A stretch of 64,000 nt of DNA. Origin: the human T2T-CHM13v2.0 reference genome, Homo sapiens. A model generated the notes under the pieces. That model did not search any database. It was not told the DNA's origin and saw only the letters and a program-made list of their open reading frames with translations. The stretch lies in assembly GCF_009914755.1 (NCBI RefSeq), contig NC_060930.1; one strand, 5' to 3'. Each line of letters begins with the position of its first letter. The first letter of the stretch is position 1. Positions 1 to 10,981 of the stretch are shown one piece after another. Both the position numbers and the translations under genes were made by a program.

Positions 1-6
1 TATACA

Positions 7-25
7 TGTGTGTGTGTGTGTGTGT
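7..25. repeat. (TG)n microsatellite
   Basis: Uninterrupted TG run at window start. Confidence 0.9.
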
Positions 26-57
26 TACTCTTGCCTTTTCAGAGGGGATATCAAGTG

Positions 58-278
58 AGAATCCTGACTCTGCCTCTTATCTGAGGATAACAATAGTATC
101 TCTATGGCAACTGACTTATACTCCCTGTACCTCAGTTTCTTCATCCATGAAGTGGGGATAAAGGGAGTAACTACTTCATTGGGTTGTTGTGAGGATTAAG
201 TAAGCTAATACCGTAAAACACTTGACATTATTTTGCACGTAGTAGGTACCCAATAAATACTCACTATTATTATTATTA
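58..278 (+). mobile_element. MIR SINE
   Basis: Core cctcagtttcttcatccatgaagtgggga and 3' gttgttgtgaggattaag...aataaata with (att)n tail. Confidence 0.8.
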
Positions 279-318
279 CTACTGCTACCACTGCTTCTAG
301 TACTATCACTTCAGAAGG

Positions 319-765
319 TGCCTTAGGTTGAGTTCTCCAGAGGCAGACTGTCAGATGAGGACTCATAGCTAAGTGATTTGTGAGTTTCCCAGGGAAACTG
401 GAGAGGGATTGGGGGAAGCAAGATGGGAAAGGAAAACAACAAAAAGGGTCTGATTTCAAGTGAAGTTGATAGCTCCAGCCTGGTTCTGGGGGAGGACTCC
501 AGAGTATTAGTTATAATACCTCAGGGATGTCTCCATCCCAAGCAAGGGAGCTGAGACCTTACGCTCCTGCACTCCTGTCATTGGCTAAGGGTCACTTTGG
601 AGGATATAACTTCCAAGTACTTCCAGATCTGCAGGCAAAGCAACTCCTATAGCCTGAGGGCAATTACCCAAGGAAGAATGAATAGAAGGGGAAGCCACAG
701 AAGGTGAGAGAGTGTACCCAGGATGATAGAGAGATCTGGGGGCAATACCAATAGTATTCCCCATA
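319..765 (-). mobile_element. LTR16-family (ERVL) solo LTR, degraded
   Basis: Reverse complement ends ...gtctgcctctggagaactcaacctaaggca (LTR16-type 3' end) and begins ...ttggtattgcccccagatc. Confidence 0.6.
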
Positions 766-946
766 GAAAGCTACTGAGAGGAATGAATGAGCAAAGCCCC
801 TGCCCCGTGCCTGGTACATGGCAGGTACTTGGTAGTCATAGGCTCTCCTCCTCTAGCCACAGGCGTCTCCCAGTCCACGGCCAGGATCACTGTGGGGTCT
901 GGAAGGCCCAGCCAGGCCCAAAGCCTTGTATATTTGCATAGGACAG

Positions 947-1342
947 TGCTGTGGCTTGAATGTGTTCCCCCAAGGTTCATGTATGGCAAACCTAATCCCT
1001 AATGCAACAGTGCTGGGAGGCGGGGGCTAATGGAAGATGCTTAGGTCATGAGGGCTCCACCTCATGAAAGGGTTAATGTTGTTACTGTGGGATTGGGTCC
1101 CTTATTGTGGGAGTGGGCTTATTATAAAAGCAAGTTCAGCTCCCTTTTGCTTTCTCTTGCTTTTGCCCTCTCTTGCCCTTCTTCCTTTTGCCATGGGATG
1201 ATGTAGTAAGAAGGCCCTCGCCAGATGCCAGTGCCATACTCTTGGACTTCCAGCCTCCAGAACCGTGAGCTAATAAATTATTCTTCTTTATAAATTACCC
1301 AGTCTCAGGAATCTGTTATAGCAGCACAAACTGACTAAGACA
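947..1342 (+). mobile_element. MaLR MST-family solo LTR (MSTD-like)
   Basis: TG...CA termini (tgctgtggcttgaatgtg ... actgactaagaca), internal ggacttccagcctccagaaccgtgag and aataaa, perfect 5-bp TSD GACAG at 942-946 and 1343-1347. Confidence 0.9.
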
Positions 1343-2382
1343 GACAGTGACTCTATCTGTGATTTAAGGGACCAGTGAGAAGAGCCAGCTTTCTCAGGCT
1401 GCCTGAAGCACAGAGGTAAATAAGTGTCAGCTCCAGCCAGCACAGACTTCCCTGGATCTGCCCAAGGATGCTAGCATCAGGAAAGAGAGAGAAGCTGTGA
1501 AAATATGACACCTACATACACCCCAGCTCACCCTTCCTAGATACCCTGCACCTGCCATCTCTTCCCTGCCCCCATGAGTGGCTCTGCCATCCACCCTGCT
1601 GTGCAGAGGAAGTACTGCTCTAGGTGAGCCCTGGGTCACCATGATCCAGTGTCAGCCTCTGACCAGGGCCATAAGTAGAGACCCATGGCCTGGCGGCAGC
1701 TGCCTGAGTAAGTAGCAAGCCCTAGTTATGGCCCCTTAGTGTTCCCCTTGGGGACTTCCTGCCTGGGCATAAGAGAAAACATTGGAGAAAATTGCAGGCC
1801 CCACACAACTGGCTTCTGCAAAAAGCATAGACCTCCCTGGAGAGCTTCCCATGGTCCAGGGAATTCAAGCAGAGGCAGAAAGGTCACCCCTTGGAGGTGA
1901 TTCTGGAGGGGACACTGTGCTAAGGATAACAAAAATAACATGTTATCCCCTACCATGCATTGAGTCATCACCATGTTTCAGGTGGTCCCTTAATAGGAAC
2001 CATCTTATTGAAAGCTCTCAACAAGTCTGTGAGGCTGCTGCTCAGGGGTCTTCTTTTCACATGTGAGGACTCAAGCTCAGAGAGGCCAAGTTTCAGGCCC
2101 TAAGTCCCACAGTTCCCATCTGGTTTTCCTGCTCCATCTTTGCCTCCTCAGTCTACTCCCAGCACAGTAGAGTGAGCCTGGTGGGACATGGTCTGCCCTC
2201 CTTCCAGGCTCTGTAGTGGCTGCTGTTCGCTCCGGGTAAAAGCCCAAGGCCTCTCAAAGTCCCCCGTGCCTTTGCCAATCTGGTTTCCCATGCCCTGATC
2301 TTGTCTCCTGCCACCCTCTCCTCACTCAGCCCCACTCTGGCTCCGAGGCTGCCTCTCTGCTGTCTGTAAAACATCCCACACT

Positions 2383-3113
2383 TTCTCCACATCCTCTCCA
2401 GCACCTATTGTTTCCTGACTTTTTAATGATCGCCATTCTAACTGGTGTGAGATGGTATCTCATTGTGGTGTGGAGAAATAGGAACACTTTTAAACTGTTG
2501 GTGGGACTGTAAACAAGTTCAACCATTGTGGAAGACAGTGTGGCAATTCCTCAAGGATCTAGAACAGAAATACCATTTGACCCAGTGATCCTATTACTGG
2601 GTATATACCCAAAGGATTATAAATCATGCTACCATAAAGACACATGCACACGTATGTTTATTGCAGCACTATTCACAATAGCAAAGACTTGGAGCCAATC
2701 CAAATGTCCATCAATGATAGACTGGATTAAGAAAATGTGGCACATATACAATGTGGAATACTATGCAGCCATAAAAAAGGATGAATTCATGTCCTTTGTA
2801 GGGACATCGATGGAGCTGGAAACCATCATTCTGAGCAAACTATTGCAAGGACAGAAAACCAAACACCACATGCTCTCATTCATAGGTGGGTATTGAACAA
2901 TGAGAACACTTGGACACAGGATGGGGAACATCACACACCGGGGCCTGTCGAGGGGTTGGGGGAGTGGGGAGGGATAGCATTAGGAGAAATACCTAATGTA
3001 AATGACCAGTTAATGGGCGCAGCACACCAACATGGCACATATATACATATATAACAAACCTGCATGTTGTGCACATGTACCCTAGAACTTAAAGTATATA
3101 TATAAAAAAAAAA
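2383..3113 (+). mobile_element. 5'-truncated, 5'-inverted L1PA (L1PA5-like)
   Basis: 2383-2468 is antisense L1 ORF2; 2469-3113 is sense ORF2 C-terminus (IPFDPVILLLGIYPKDYK...KKMWHIY) plus 3'UTR and poly(A); TSD atcccacact at 2373-2382 and 3114-3123. Confidence 0.95.
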
Positions 3114-3286
3114 ATCCCACACTCGCTCCTGCCTCCAGGCCCTTGTGTTGGCTGCTGTCTGCCTGAAAGGCTCTTCCCCAGATGCCTGTGTGGCTCTGGC
3201 CTTACTTGCTTCAGGTCTCTGGCCGAGTGTCACCTCCTGAGCCACCCAGCTGGTTCTTCACTCTCTGTTCTCTTCACTCTGTATAG

Positions 3287-3333
3287 CGTGTGTGTGTGTG
3301 CGTGTGTGTGCATGCGTGCATGTGTGTGCATGT
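3287..3333. repeat. Compound (TG)/(TGCA) microsatellite
   Basis: Alternating purine-pyrimidine run. Confidence 0.85.
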
Positions 3334-4277
3334 ATTACCTGTATCCCTTCATTAAAAGGTAAGCCCCACCAGGGCAGCTACTTTGCCTCTTGTGCGTTGC
3401 TAGATCAGGTCCCAGATCAGTGTGACAGGCTGCTCAATAAATATGCGCTGAATGATTGAGCAGTGCCAAGACTTGAGCTCCAAAGCTCTAATCAGCAGGC
3501 ATCCTGGGGCTGGGGGAGGGTGACTGGCAAGGCCCTCTGGAGCCCTGGGATCTGCGGCTCTGTGCACACTTGCTTTTTCTCACAGCCTGAGGGAACTGAG
3601 AAGCACAGCCACCTTCAGGAGAGTTTGGCCCCAGGCACCTGCCTCATGTGCCCCAGTTCAGCTCAGCCTGGCCATGAGAAGGCCGCCTCAGGCTCTCTGT
3701 GCAGCCTCTTTCTTTGGGGGGTTTCATCCTTGGCTGGCTCACTCTCACTTCCTTCTTCTTGACTTTGAAGCCTGGGGGAAGCAACGTCCTTTTTCTCTTG
3801 GCCTGAGTTTCAACTCCAGAGGAACTTGGCAGACTCTGGCTGTTTCTCCAAACAGCCTACTGGATCCTCTGAACACTTGTTCACTCAGATCATACTTATT
3901 GAGCATCTTCTATGTGCCAGGCACACAGAGAACAGGAAGAGGGATGTGATTTCCAGCTCTCCATGTCACCACCGGTCCAACCTGGCCCGGGAGGCCATAC
4001 AACAGACAACTAAAGCCAGAGGCACTTGGAGCCTGAGGCAGGGCCTCTGCCTCCCTTCCCCTTGCTCACCCTCCTTCTGAGAATGTGGGATTGGGAAAGG
4101 GAGAAATTTCCTCTCTCCCCTAAATTGCCTCTTGGGGAAGAGAGACAATTTCTGGGGCCAACAGAATGGAGAGCCAGCCTCGGGGTGGAGGGAGCTGAGT
4201 TGGGCGTTTAGTTTGAGGGAGATCTGCCAGGCCTCATCTTCTTCCTCAAACGCAGTTCTGAGAAAGCCTCCCTCCCC

Positions 4278-4376
4278 TGCCTGCCCCTGCTGCTGACCTC
4301 CCTTCTTCCCTGCCATGCCTGGTGCCTGCCCCAGCTGCTGACCTCCCTTCTTCCCTGCCATGCCTGGTGCCTGCCC
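4278..4376. repeat. 45-bp tandem duplication (2.2 units)
   Basis: 4278-4322 and 4323-4367 differ at one base; partial third unit 4368-4376. Confidence 0.95.
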
Positions 4377-5280
4377 AGGGCCCCTCCTCTGGAAATGCCT
4401 GGGGTCTGTGGCAGGGCTCTGGTTCTCCCCATCCAACCCATGTCTCCCCAGGGCTGCGATGGGCCACCTGTACTTGTGCTCTCAGAACCACACGCTGTCA
4501 CCTGCCCCCATCCCCTGTATATACAGGCTTCCTCGTTCCAAGAACCCAGAGACATTAGACAGTTGTCCAGGTTTCTCCATGTCTTTGTTGGCCATTGGCA
4601 ACACATCCTGGAAGGAGAAGAGAAATGAAGGCTTTTACCAGGCCAGCAAATCAGCGCTCACAAGTGTCCTGAGGAGGGATCTGAGGGAGGGGCAGCTACC
4701 CGGAACAGGTAAACACACAGAGTCGCAAGTCTGGTGGGGTCTGTACAGCAGGAGGTGGCATCTGACCCTGCTCATATCTCAAAAAGGCATCAGTAGTTGA
4801 CCATGAGCTTCCTCTCTGACCCAAATCCTAGAAGGGCCCCTGAGTGGGTGGCAGCAGGTGGGACACGCAGGTCTCATCTCCTTCGGATTCAGTGCATCCC
4901 CCTTGTCGGCCCTGGGGACTCCTGCCCCCACTCCCTTCACTCCTTATTGCAGAACCGATGGGGCCCAGAACAGAGGTCTTGCTTTGGAGGGTCTGAGCTG
5001 GCCATGCAGCAGGTGAGCCTTGAGGGGGGACTCCTGGGACCCCTTGCTCCTCTGGACTCTCCTGTTGGGGGATAAGATCCAAGTTCCACGTGGCAGACTC
5101 GCCAAAGAATTTTCAAAGCCCCAGCCCCATCTGGTGGGCCTTCAGCATATGTGCTTCGAGCTGCCATTGTATTTTCCTTGGATGTTGGGGCTCCCCCACA
5201 CCAAGATAAGCTCAAGGGCAGGACCTAGTGAGACTGACCTGTGTCCCCCAGGCCCAGGAGAGGGAGGCACACTCAGCAGC

Positions 5281-5500
5281 CAGGGCCTGGGTTCAAGTCC
5301 TACCTCCACCACTGTCTAACTGTGTGACCTCAGTCATGTGACTTTGCCCTTCTGAGCCTCGATTTCCTTCTCTGTAAAATGGGCAGAACTGTAGGCCTAT
5401 TTCATAGAACTGTGGTGAATTTAACTGGGAAGATGCATGTAAGACACTTATAACAGTGCCAGGCACCTAATACGTGCTCAATAAATATCACCTGTTGTAT
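5281..5500 (+). mobile_element. MIR SINE
   Basis: ctgggttcaagtcc...ctgtgtgacct...gagcctcgatttccttctctgtaaaatggg...ctcaataaata. Confidence 0.85.
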
Positions 5501-6084
5501 TCCTGTCACCTCTCAGCATTCCTTCCTGAGCTATGAAGGATTCTGGGATTGGGGATTGGGATTGGGGCTTGGGGCCAGCTGGGCTTCCTCCCGAAGATGG
5601 CCTGATCCTTTAGGAGACATGGGAGGAGAAGGGGGCCCTCGAGTTGCCTCCAGGCCCCTGGGGGTTGTGGCCAGTCTGGAAAGCCCCGACTCACCACACT
5701 GTTTGGATTGGGTTTCTATTCCCAACACCGGTGAGAGACCTGCTATTTATGGGCCCCCCATCCCACCCCCTGGGCGGCCAGACAGTGTGTGGGCTGGGGA
5801 CCACATGGCTGGCAGCCCACTACCCCCACCCCACGTGGGTGCTGTGACCTGGGCACGTTTCACACGTTGGTTATCCCGCCGTCTCAGCAGTGGCTTTCCC
5901 AGCTCTGCCTGGCCACCCCAGGGAGGAGCAGAGATGGGGGGACAGGAGGGGTTGCCTGCCTCTTCATCCTGCACTCTGTCTTCTAACAGAGTATCTTTCA
6001 GGATGGTTGGGTTCCTGGGGGCAGCAGGGATGACACATGCCACCCCTTTCCATTTTCACTCTTACGATGACACATTTGTCATGT

Positions 6085-6290
6085 GGCGTCTAGTGTGGTT
6101 AAAACCATGGAGCCAGACTGCCTGGGTTCAAGTTCCACTTCAGCTGCTCATTAGGTGTGTCCTTGAGTGGGGACCCAAACCTCTTTGTGCCTCAGTTTCC
6201 TCAGTCAACTTAAGACAGAGCTCGTACTAGTACCTGCCTCATAGGGTCATCATGAGGTTAAAAGAATAGATACAGGTGAGCGCTTAGCAC
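6085..6290 (+). mobile_element. MIR SINE
   Basis: ggagccagactgcctgggttcaagt...gtgcctcagtttcctc...acctgcctcataggg. Confidence 0.8.
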
Positions 6291-7404
6291 CAAGCTGAGC
6301 CATAGAAAACACGCAGACTCCACAGGACATTCTTCTCTCTGCAGGCTCTGATGCAAGGTGGCGACTGTGGCATTCTTTACACGGTTCCTGTTCTCTGACC
6401 AGGCAGGACTGCTGTCCCCACTGTGCAGAGGGAGAAGTTGAGCCCTAATGGGAGTAAGTGGCCTCTCTGAGGTTGCACAGCTGGGGATGATAGAACTCAG
6501 GCCCTCTGATCATTAACTGCTTGAGTCTCCTCCCCACACCCCTCACCAAGTAGGTAAGGGACACCCCTGGCCCTCCCAGCAATGGAGGTGAGGACCCTTA
6601 CAGGTGTTTGCCCAGCAGGAGCCAGGCTGAGCCCAGACCCTGGGCCTCCCTGCCCTCTGGTCAGCACTTCCAGTCAACCCATTCGGGACAGAGGCTATTT
6701 TTAGTGTGTGGTGTTTGCCCTGTGGCAGGGGATATTTGTGAAGGGTAAGGCCATTGGTGTCCCTTGGCTTCCAATTGGAAACTTCTCTCGGACATGCCAC
6801 ATATTGGCCGAGAGCATGAGGCTTTGGAGAGCCTTTTTTCTTCCTTACAAGATGTGGCCATTTCTCCTTCCCATCTGCCCTCTTGCCAAGCCCACAGCTT
6901 CTGTTCCTGGCTCCTTGCCACCAAGATGGTGACAGCCTTCCCAGGTCTGGTGGGATGAGCAAATTGGGCAAAGTGTGGTTTCCTGGCCCTGGCCCGGCAT
7001 CTTCCCTCTGCTAATAAACCTGTGGCTAACCATCCGTGGCCTTGTGCTCCGTGGTTAGAGCACCATGCCAACGAGGCCAAGGTCAGGATCCGCCCCAGCC
7101 AGGCCGGCTTTACTCAGAGGTGTGCTCTGTCCCATGGCCTCAGCCTGCAGCTGTGGGCTGTGCAGCCTGGGCTGGGGGTGGCAGTGGTCAGGCCTGGGGA
7201 AGGCTGTGAGCCTGTGGAGTGTGGACTCCCTCCCCTGAGGGGGTTCTCTCTCTGGTCCACTGGCCTGCTGCTGGGTCCTTCCCTACGTGAAGGCTGGCTT
7301 CCCCCGCGTGTGGGTGGGAAACCACTGGAGGTGAGAAAGTGCCAGACGAGCAGGCACAGGGCCACTCAGTCAGACTTCTACGCCGCCAGGAGAAGCCTCT
7401 GGAG

Positions 7405-7560
7405 GGGCAGAGTGTGATGGTGAAGAGGAGAGACTGTGGGGTTCAAATCCCTGACAGGATACTTAGTAGCAGTGTAGTTTCAAAACTACTCTGTGCCTCA
7501 GTGTCCCTATCTGTAAAACGGAGATGATTCTAGGGCCCCTTGTGAAGCTGAAGTAAGCTA
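7405..7560 (+). mobile_element. MIR SINE fragment
   Basis: ggttcaaatccc...ctgtgcctcagtgtccctatctgtaaaacgg. Confidence 0.7.
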
Positions 7561-7622
7561 AGCCTGGGAGTACGTGGAAGAGGAGTTGCTAGACAATGGT
7601 AAGCTCTTGTTATCACTGTAGT

Positions 7623-7707
7623 GTCTCCAACTCCTGACCTCAAGTGATCTGCCCACTTCCGCCTCCCACAGTGCTGGGATTACAGGCATGAGCCACCGCG
7701 CCCGGCC
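7623..7707 (-). mobile_element. Alu 5' fragment (first ~85 nt only, no right arm or poly(A))
   Basis: Reverse complement reads ggccgggcgcggtggctcatgcctgtaatcccagcact...gaggtcaggagttggagac, then similarity stops. Confidence 0.92.
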
Positions 7708-8049
7708 CCATTGCAGTATCTCAATCCCAACACCAGTTGCATTGTACCAATTTCTAGCTCTACCTGGTCCCCTCCCACTATCCCCACTCCTTATAGACAC
7801 CTTCCCTCATACCAAGCCAAACCTTCACTGGCCCCAAGGCTCTTGTGCAGTTGAAGCCTGGGTTGCACGGATGGTCCCCGCCTTGCCCTACTGAGAGGCC
7901 AGATGCTGGGGGTGGCCACGCTGCAGGCGGGTCCTTGCCCCTACTCCTGCCAGAAAGAAGCCCAGTGTCCTTGGCACAGGCAGGCACAGGGCAGGTGCCC
8001 TGCTCTGCTCCTGTGGCTCTTGCCCAGGAGGGCGCGGCTGCTGAGCTTA

Positions 8050-8147
8050 GGTCTAAAAATAAGGTATCTGGGAGGAACGGCTTTAATTTGCACTTTACCT
8101 ATTGGTGTTTACTTTGCTATTTCCAATACGGTAATTTAATTCTGCAG
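8050..8147. promoter_or_regulatory. Candidate enhancer (MEF2, FOX, homeodomain motifs)
   Basis: Non-repeat AT-rich island with CTAAAAATAA (8054-8063), TGTTTAC (8106-8112), TAATTTAATT (8132-8141). Motif-level evidence only. Confidence 0.35.
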
Positions 8148-8608
8148 GGTGCCTGACTGGGGGGCACCTGAGGCGTGCGGTTACCTGACCGCACCAGGAG
8201 TGACTCTTGTGTCCCTGTGCGGCTCTGACAGAGAAGCCGCAGGGACAGTGGTGGTCTTTGGAGTTCACAGGTATGGGCATGGCATACAGGGGCAGGAATG
8301 GGCATCAAGACCCCGCCATGCCCAGATCCACCATCCTCTCTTCTTCATTCAAACCCTTGCCCTGATGGCAGAGCAAGGATCCCCTTCTGCCACATGTCCC
8401 TGCCTGCTGCTTGTCCCCACGTCTCTTCCTGCCCATGGCCAGGGGCTCCATCTCTGCTGAGATGCCTCCCTCTCACCGCCAGCGATGAAGGAACTCTCTC
8501 TAGGTTTCTCTGTTGGACATACAGCTATTTACACTACAGCGTTGATGTCTTCCACCCTCCCACCACTAGTAGCTTGCTTTGTTTTAGTTTTATATTTTGT
8601 CTTTTCTT

Positions 8609-8808
8609 GGAGATGTGGGCTCACAGAAGCAGGGCTATGTCTCTCTCTCTCAGACTGGGAGTCCCTGAAAGCAGGGCTGTGTTCCACTCTCAGACTGGGG
8701 TTCCCTCAGGACAGGCTGCACCCCCCGCCTCAGATTAGGGGCTCCCCAAAGGAGAGAATACGTTTCTCTCTCAAATTAGGGGTCTCTAAGGTATGGCACT
8801 ATGTGCCC
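8609..8808 (+). repeat. Degenerate ~39-40 bp minisatellite, L2-3'-end-like (~5 units)
   Basis: Units start ctcagactggg / ctcagattaggg / ctcaaattaggg at 8649, 8689, 8729, 8770; same family as 57345-57605. Confidence 0.75.
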
Positions 8809-9013
8809 TTTGGCCTCAGGCCTACCCAAGGGCAGGGCCTCAAAATCTCTTATTTGTTGTGTCTCTGCTGCCATCACCCATGTCTCTCCTTCCTGCCACC
8901 CCCCAGCCCCACATCCCAGGATGGCTTTACACCCCTCTGGTCAGGGCTGTGTCTATTAAAGCCACCAAGAGTGCATTTTGTCCTGCTCCTCCCTGGCCAG
9001 CAGAAGTGGCTGA

Positions 9014-9276
9014 CAGGACCACATTAGGACTTGGTGGGCCATAAGCATTTTTTGTTGTCATGGACCCCTTTTTCCATTAAAAAAGTAAAAAGTTACATTT
9101 TACAGTTGTGTTGGGATAAAGGTAAATATATTCACATTATATATGAAAACATTTCTGTTGACTTAGAAGATCATTTCTTCCCTCTGATTTTAAAACAACT
9201 CAGAATACTTTGTGGGCTCCTAGGAGTATCATGGGCTGGGGCTGAGCCTGGTGTGTCTGGTGGAGAAGCCGCCCTG
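9014..9276 (-). mobile_element. ORSL-like hAT-Tip100 DNA transposon
   Basis: Termini caggacc ... gccctg, AT-rich core (ctgattttaaaa, tatattcacattatata), degenerate 8-bp TSD gtggctga / atggctag. Confidence 0.7.
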
Positions 9277-9366
9277 ATGGCTAGGGCTCCAGCTGGGCCT
9301 GGCTGCAGGAGTCCGCATTGAGCCTCAGCATTGCTGGCGGGGATGCCTTTCCCATCCTTTAGCTTT

Positions 9367-9655
9367 GTTGTTGTTTTGTTTTGTTTTGTTTTGAGACAGA
9401 GTCTCACTCTGTCGTCCAGGCTGGAGTGCAGTGGAGTGATCTCAGGAGGCTCGCTGCAACCTCTGCCCCCTGGGTTCAAGCGATTCTCCTGCCTCAGCCT
9501 CCTGAGTAGCTAGGATTACAGGCGTGCACCACCATGCCCGGGTAATTTTTTGTATTTTTAGTAGAGACGGGTTTTCACCATGTTGGCCAGGCTGGTCTCG
9601 AACTCCTGACCTCAGGCGATCCACCCGCCTCAGGCTCCCAAAGTGCTGGGATTAC
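9367..9655 (-). mobile_element. AluS, missing ~24 nt at 5' end
   Basis: Alu body with (GTTTT)n tail; perfect 15-bp TSD ccatcctttagcttt at 9352-9366 and 9655-9669. Confidence 0.95.
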
Positions 9656-9819
9656 CATCCTTTAGCTTTTATAAGCCTCATACTGTCCCCGTGAGTTGGG
9701 CAAGGCCAGAATTCTCATCCCACGCCAGCCATTGACACTACCACTGCTGTGGATATGGCCATGGCCATGGCTGGGACGGGGACCTCCTCAGCTGCTCCTT
9801 TGCCCATATCAGGCGCTGT

Positions 9820-10022
9820 GTTAGGCACATGGCCACCTTAATCTTATTGAACCCTCACACCAGCCTCTGGGGCAGGCACTGTGCTTATTTCCCATTTCAC
9901 AGATAAGGAAATCGAGGCTCAGAGGGAAGAAATGATGGGCTGAAGGCCACCTAGCCAGTCGGTGAGAGGGTGGAGACAGAGGACACAGGGGCCCCGGCTT
10001 CAGGAAGTCTAGGTCTTTCCAC
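9820..10022 (-). mobile_element. MIR SINE
   Basis: cccatttcacagataaggaaatcgaggctcagag core. Confidence 0.75.
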
Positions 10023-10906
10023 CCTAGAGACAGTGAAGGGCCAGGCAAGAGGTAGGTGGGGGTCGGTGGAAGAAATTGGTTGTGATGTCTCAGGACACAG
10101 TAGCAGGAAGGTGCCTTAGAGAGCTTGCATGGAAGGAACGGGCCTTCCTGCCCTGCCCCCATTCCCCTGGTTTCCAGCCCGGAGGGTTTTCAGGGCTAAT
10201 GGAGGGGAAGGGCACAGACTTCACTCCTCTGTGGAGAGAGACACAGGGATTCCTGACCAAGCTGCCATGGATCCTTCCCTCCTCCAGGTCTGCTAACTCC
10301 AGGCCCTCCCTGTCCAGCCACGTTGTCTGGAGGCCACCTGGCAGTCTCATCTGGGTTGGGAGGCGTGGGGTCTCAGAGCGGGAGGAGAGAACCTCGTGGT
10401 GGGGGGAGCTAGCAGTGAGGGAGTGGGCTGTGGGGAGTCTGGGTCCCACCCCCGGGACTCTGTCAGTGGCAGGGTAGGGGTACCCAGAGCCATGGCAGGA
10501 ACCACCCCCTGCCCGCCCCCGACTAGAGGCTCAGCTTCCCTGCGTGCACCTAGCTCAGGAAGCCTTCCTTTCTAGTCTCTACAGCTGTTTCCCTCTTTTC
10601 CCATCTCATTCTTCCCTCTTCATTTCTGGCCTATCTTTTAACAGCTCCATCCCTTTGATGCCTCATCCATCTCCTCTTCACCGTCTTGTCTTTGCCTGTT
10701 CCCTTTTCTGCTTCTCTGCTCCTCTTAAGGCTGGGTTTTCCTCCTGCGTCTCCTCTGTGCGCCTGTGAGTGTCCCCTGTCTGCTCATCCTCTCTCCCTCT
10801 GTCCACCTGTTTCTCTTTCTTCCAGCGTTTCTCCATCTCACGCGCTGCCTCTGTCATTTTCTCTCTTTCTTCGTCTTTCTCTCTCTCTCATTGTTCTGAG
10901 ACATAG

Positions 10907-10981
10907 CAGTGCCTGGCCCAGCGGGGACAACATGTTTCACAGACAAATCATCCAACAAAAGAGAGGAGGAACGTGCTTCAG
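10907..10981 (+). other. Candidate cassette exon (75 nt; 72 nt from distal NAGNAG acceptor)
   Basis: Long pyrimidine tract with no AG from 10826-10898, TAG/CAG acceptors at 10906/10909, donor CAG|GTGAGC at 10981/10982; no stop in any frame. No transcript evidence available. Confidence 0.4.

Larger units (their letters stand above)
2150..3460 (+). mobile_element. L2 LINE 3' region, split by the L1PA insertion
   Basis: L2-like sequence continues across the L1 TSD; ends with L2 3' motifs cagggcagctactttg...ctcaataaatatgcgctgaatga. Boundaries approximate. Confidence 0.65.

Noticed and set aside
2528-2896. 122-aa ORF resembling a real protein
   Set aside because: It is the C-terminal remnant of L1 ORF2p in a truncated L1, not a gene.
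5556-6230. 224-aa ORF
   Set aside because: No recognisable domain, non-ATG start, and it runs into a MIR; expected by chance in GC-rich DNA.
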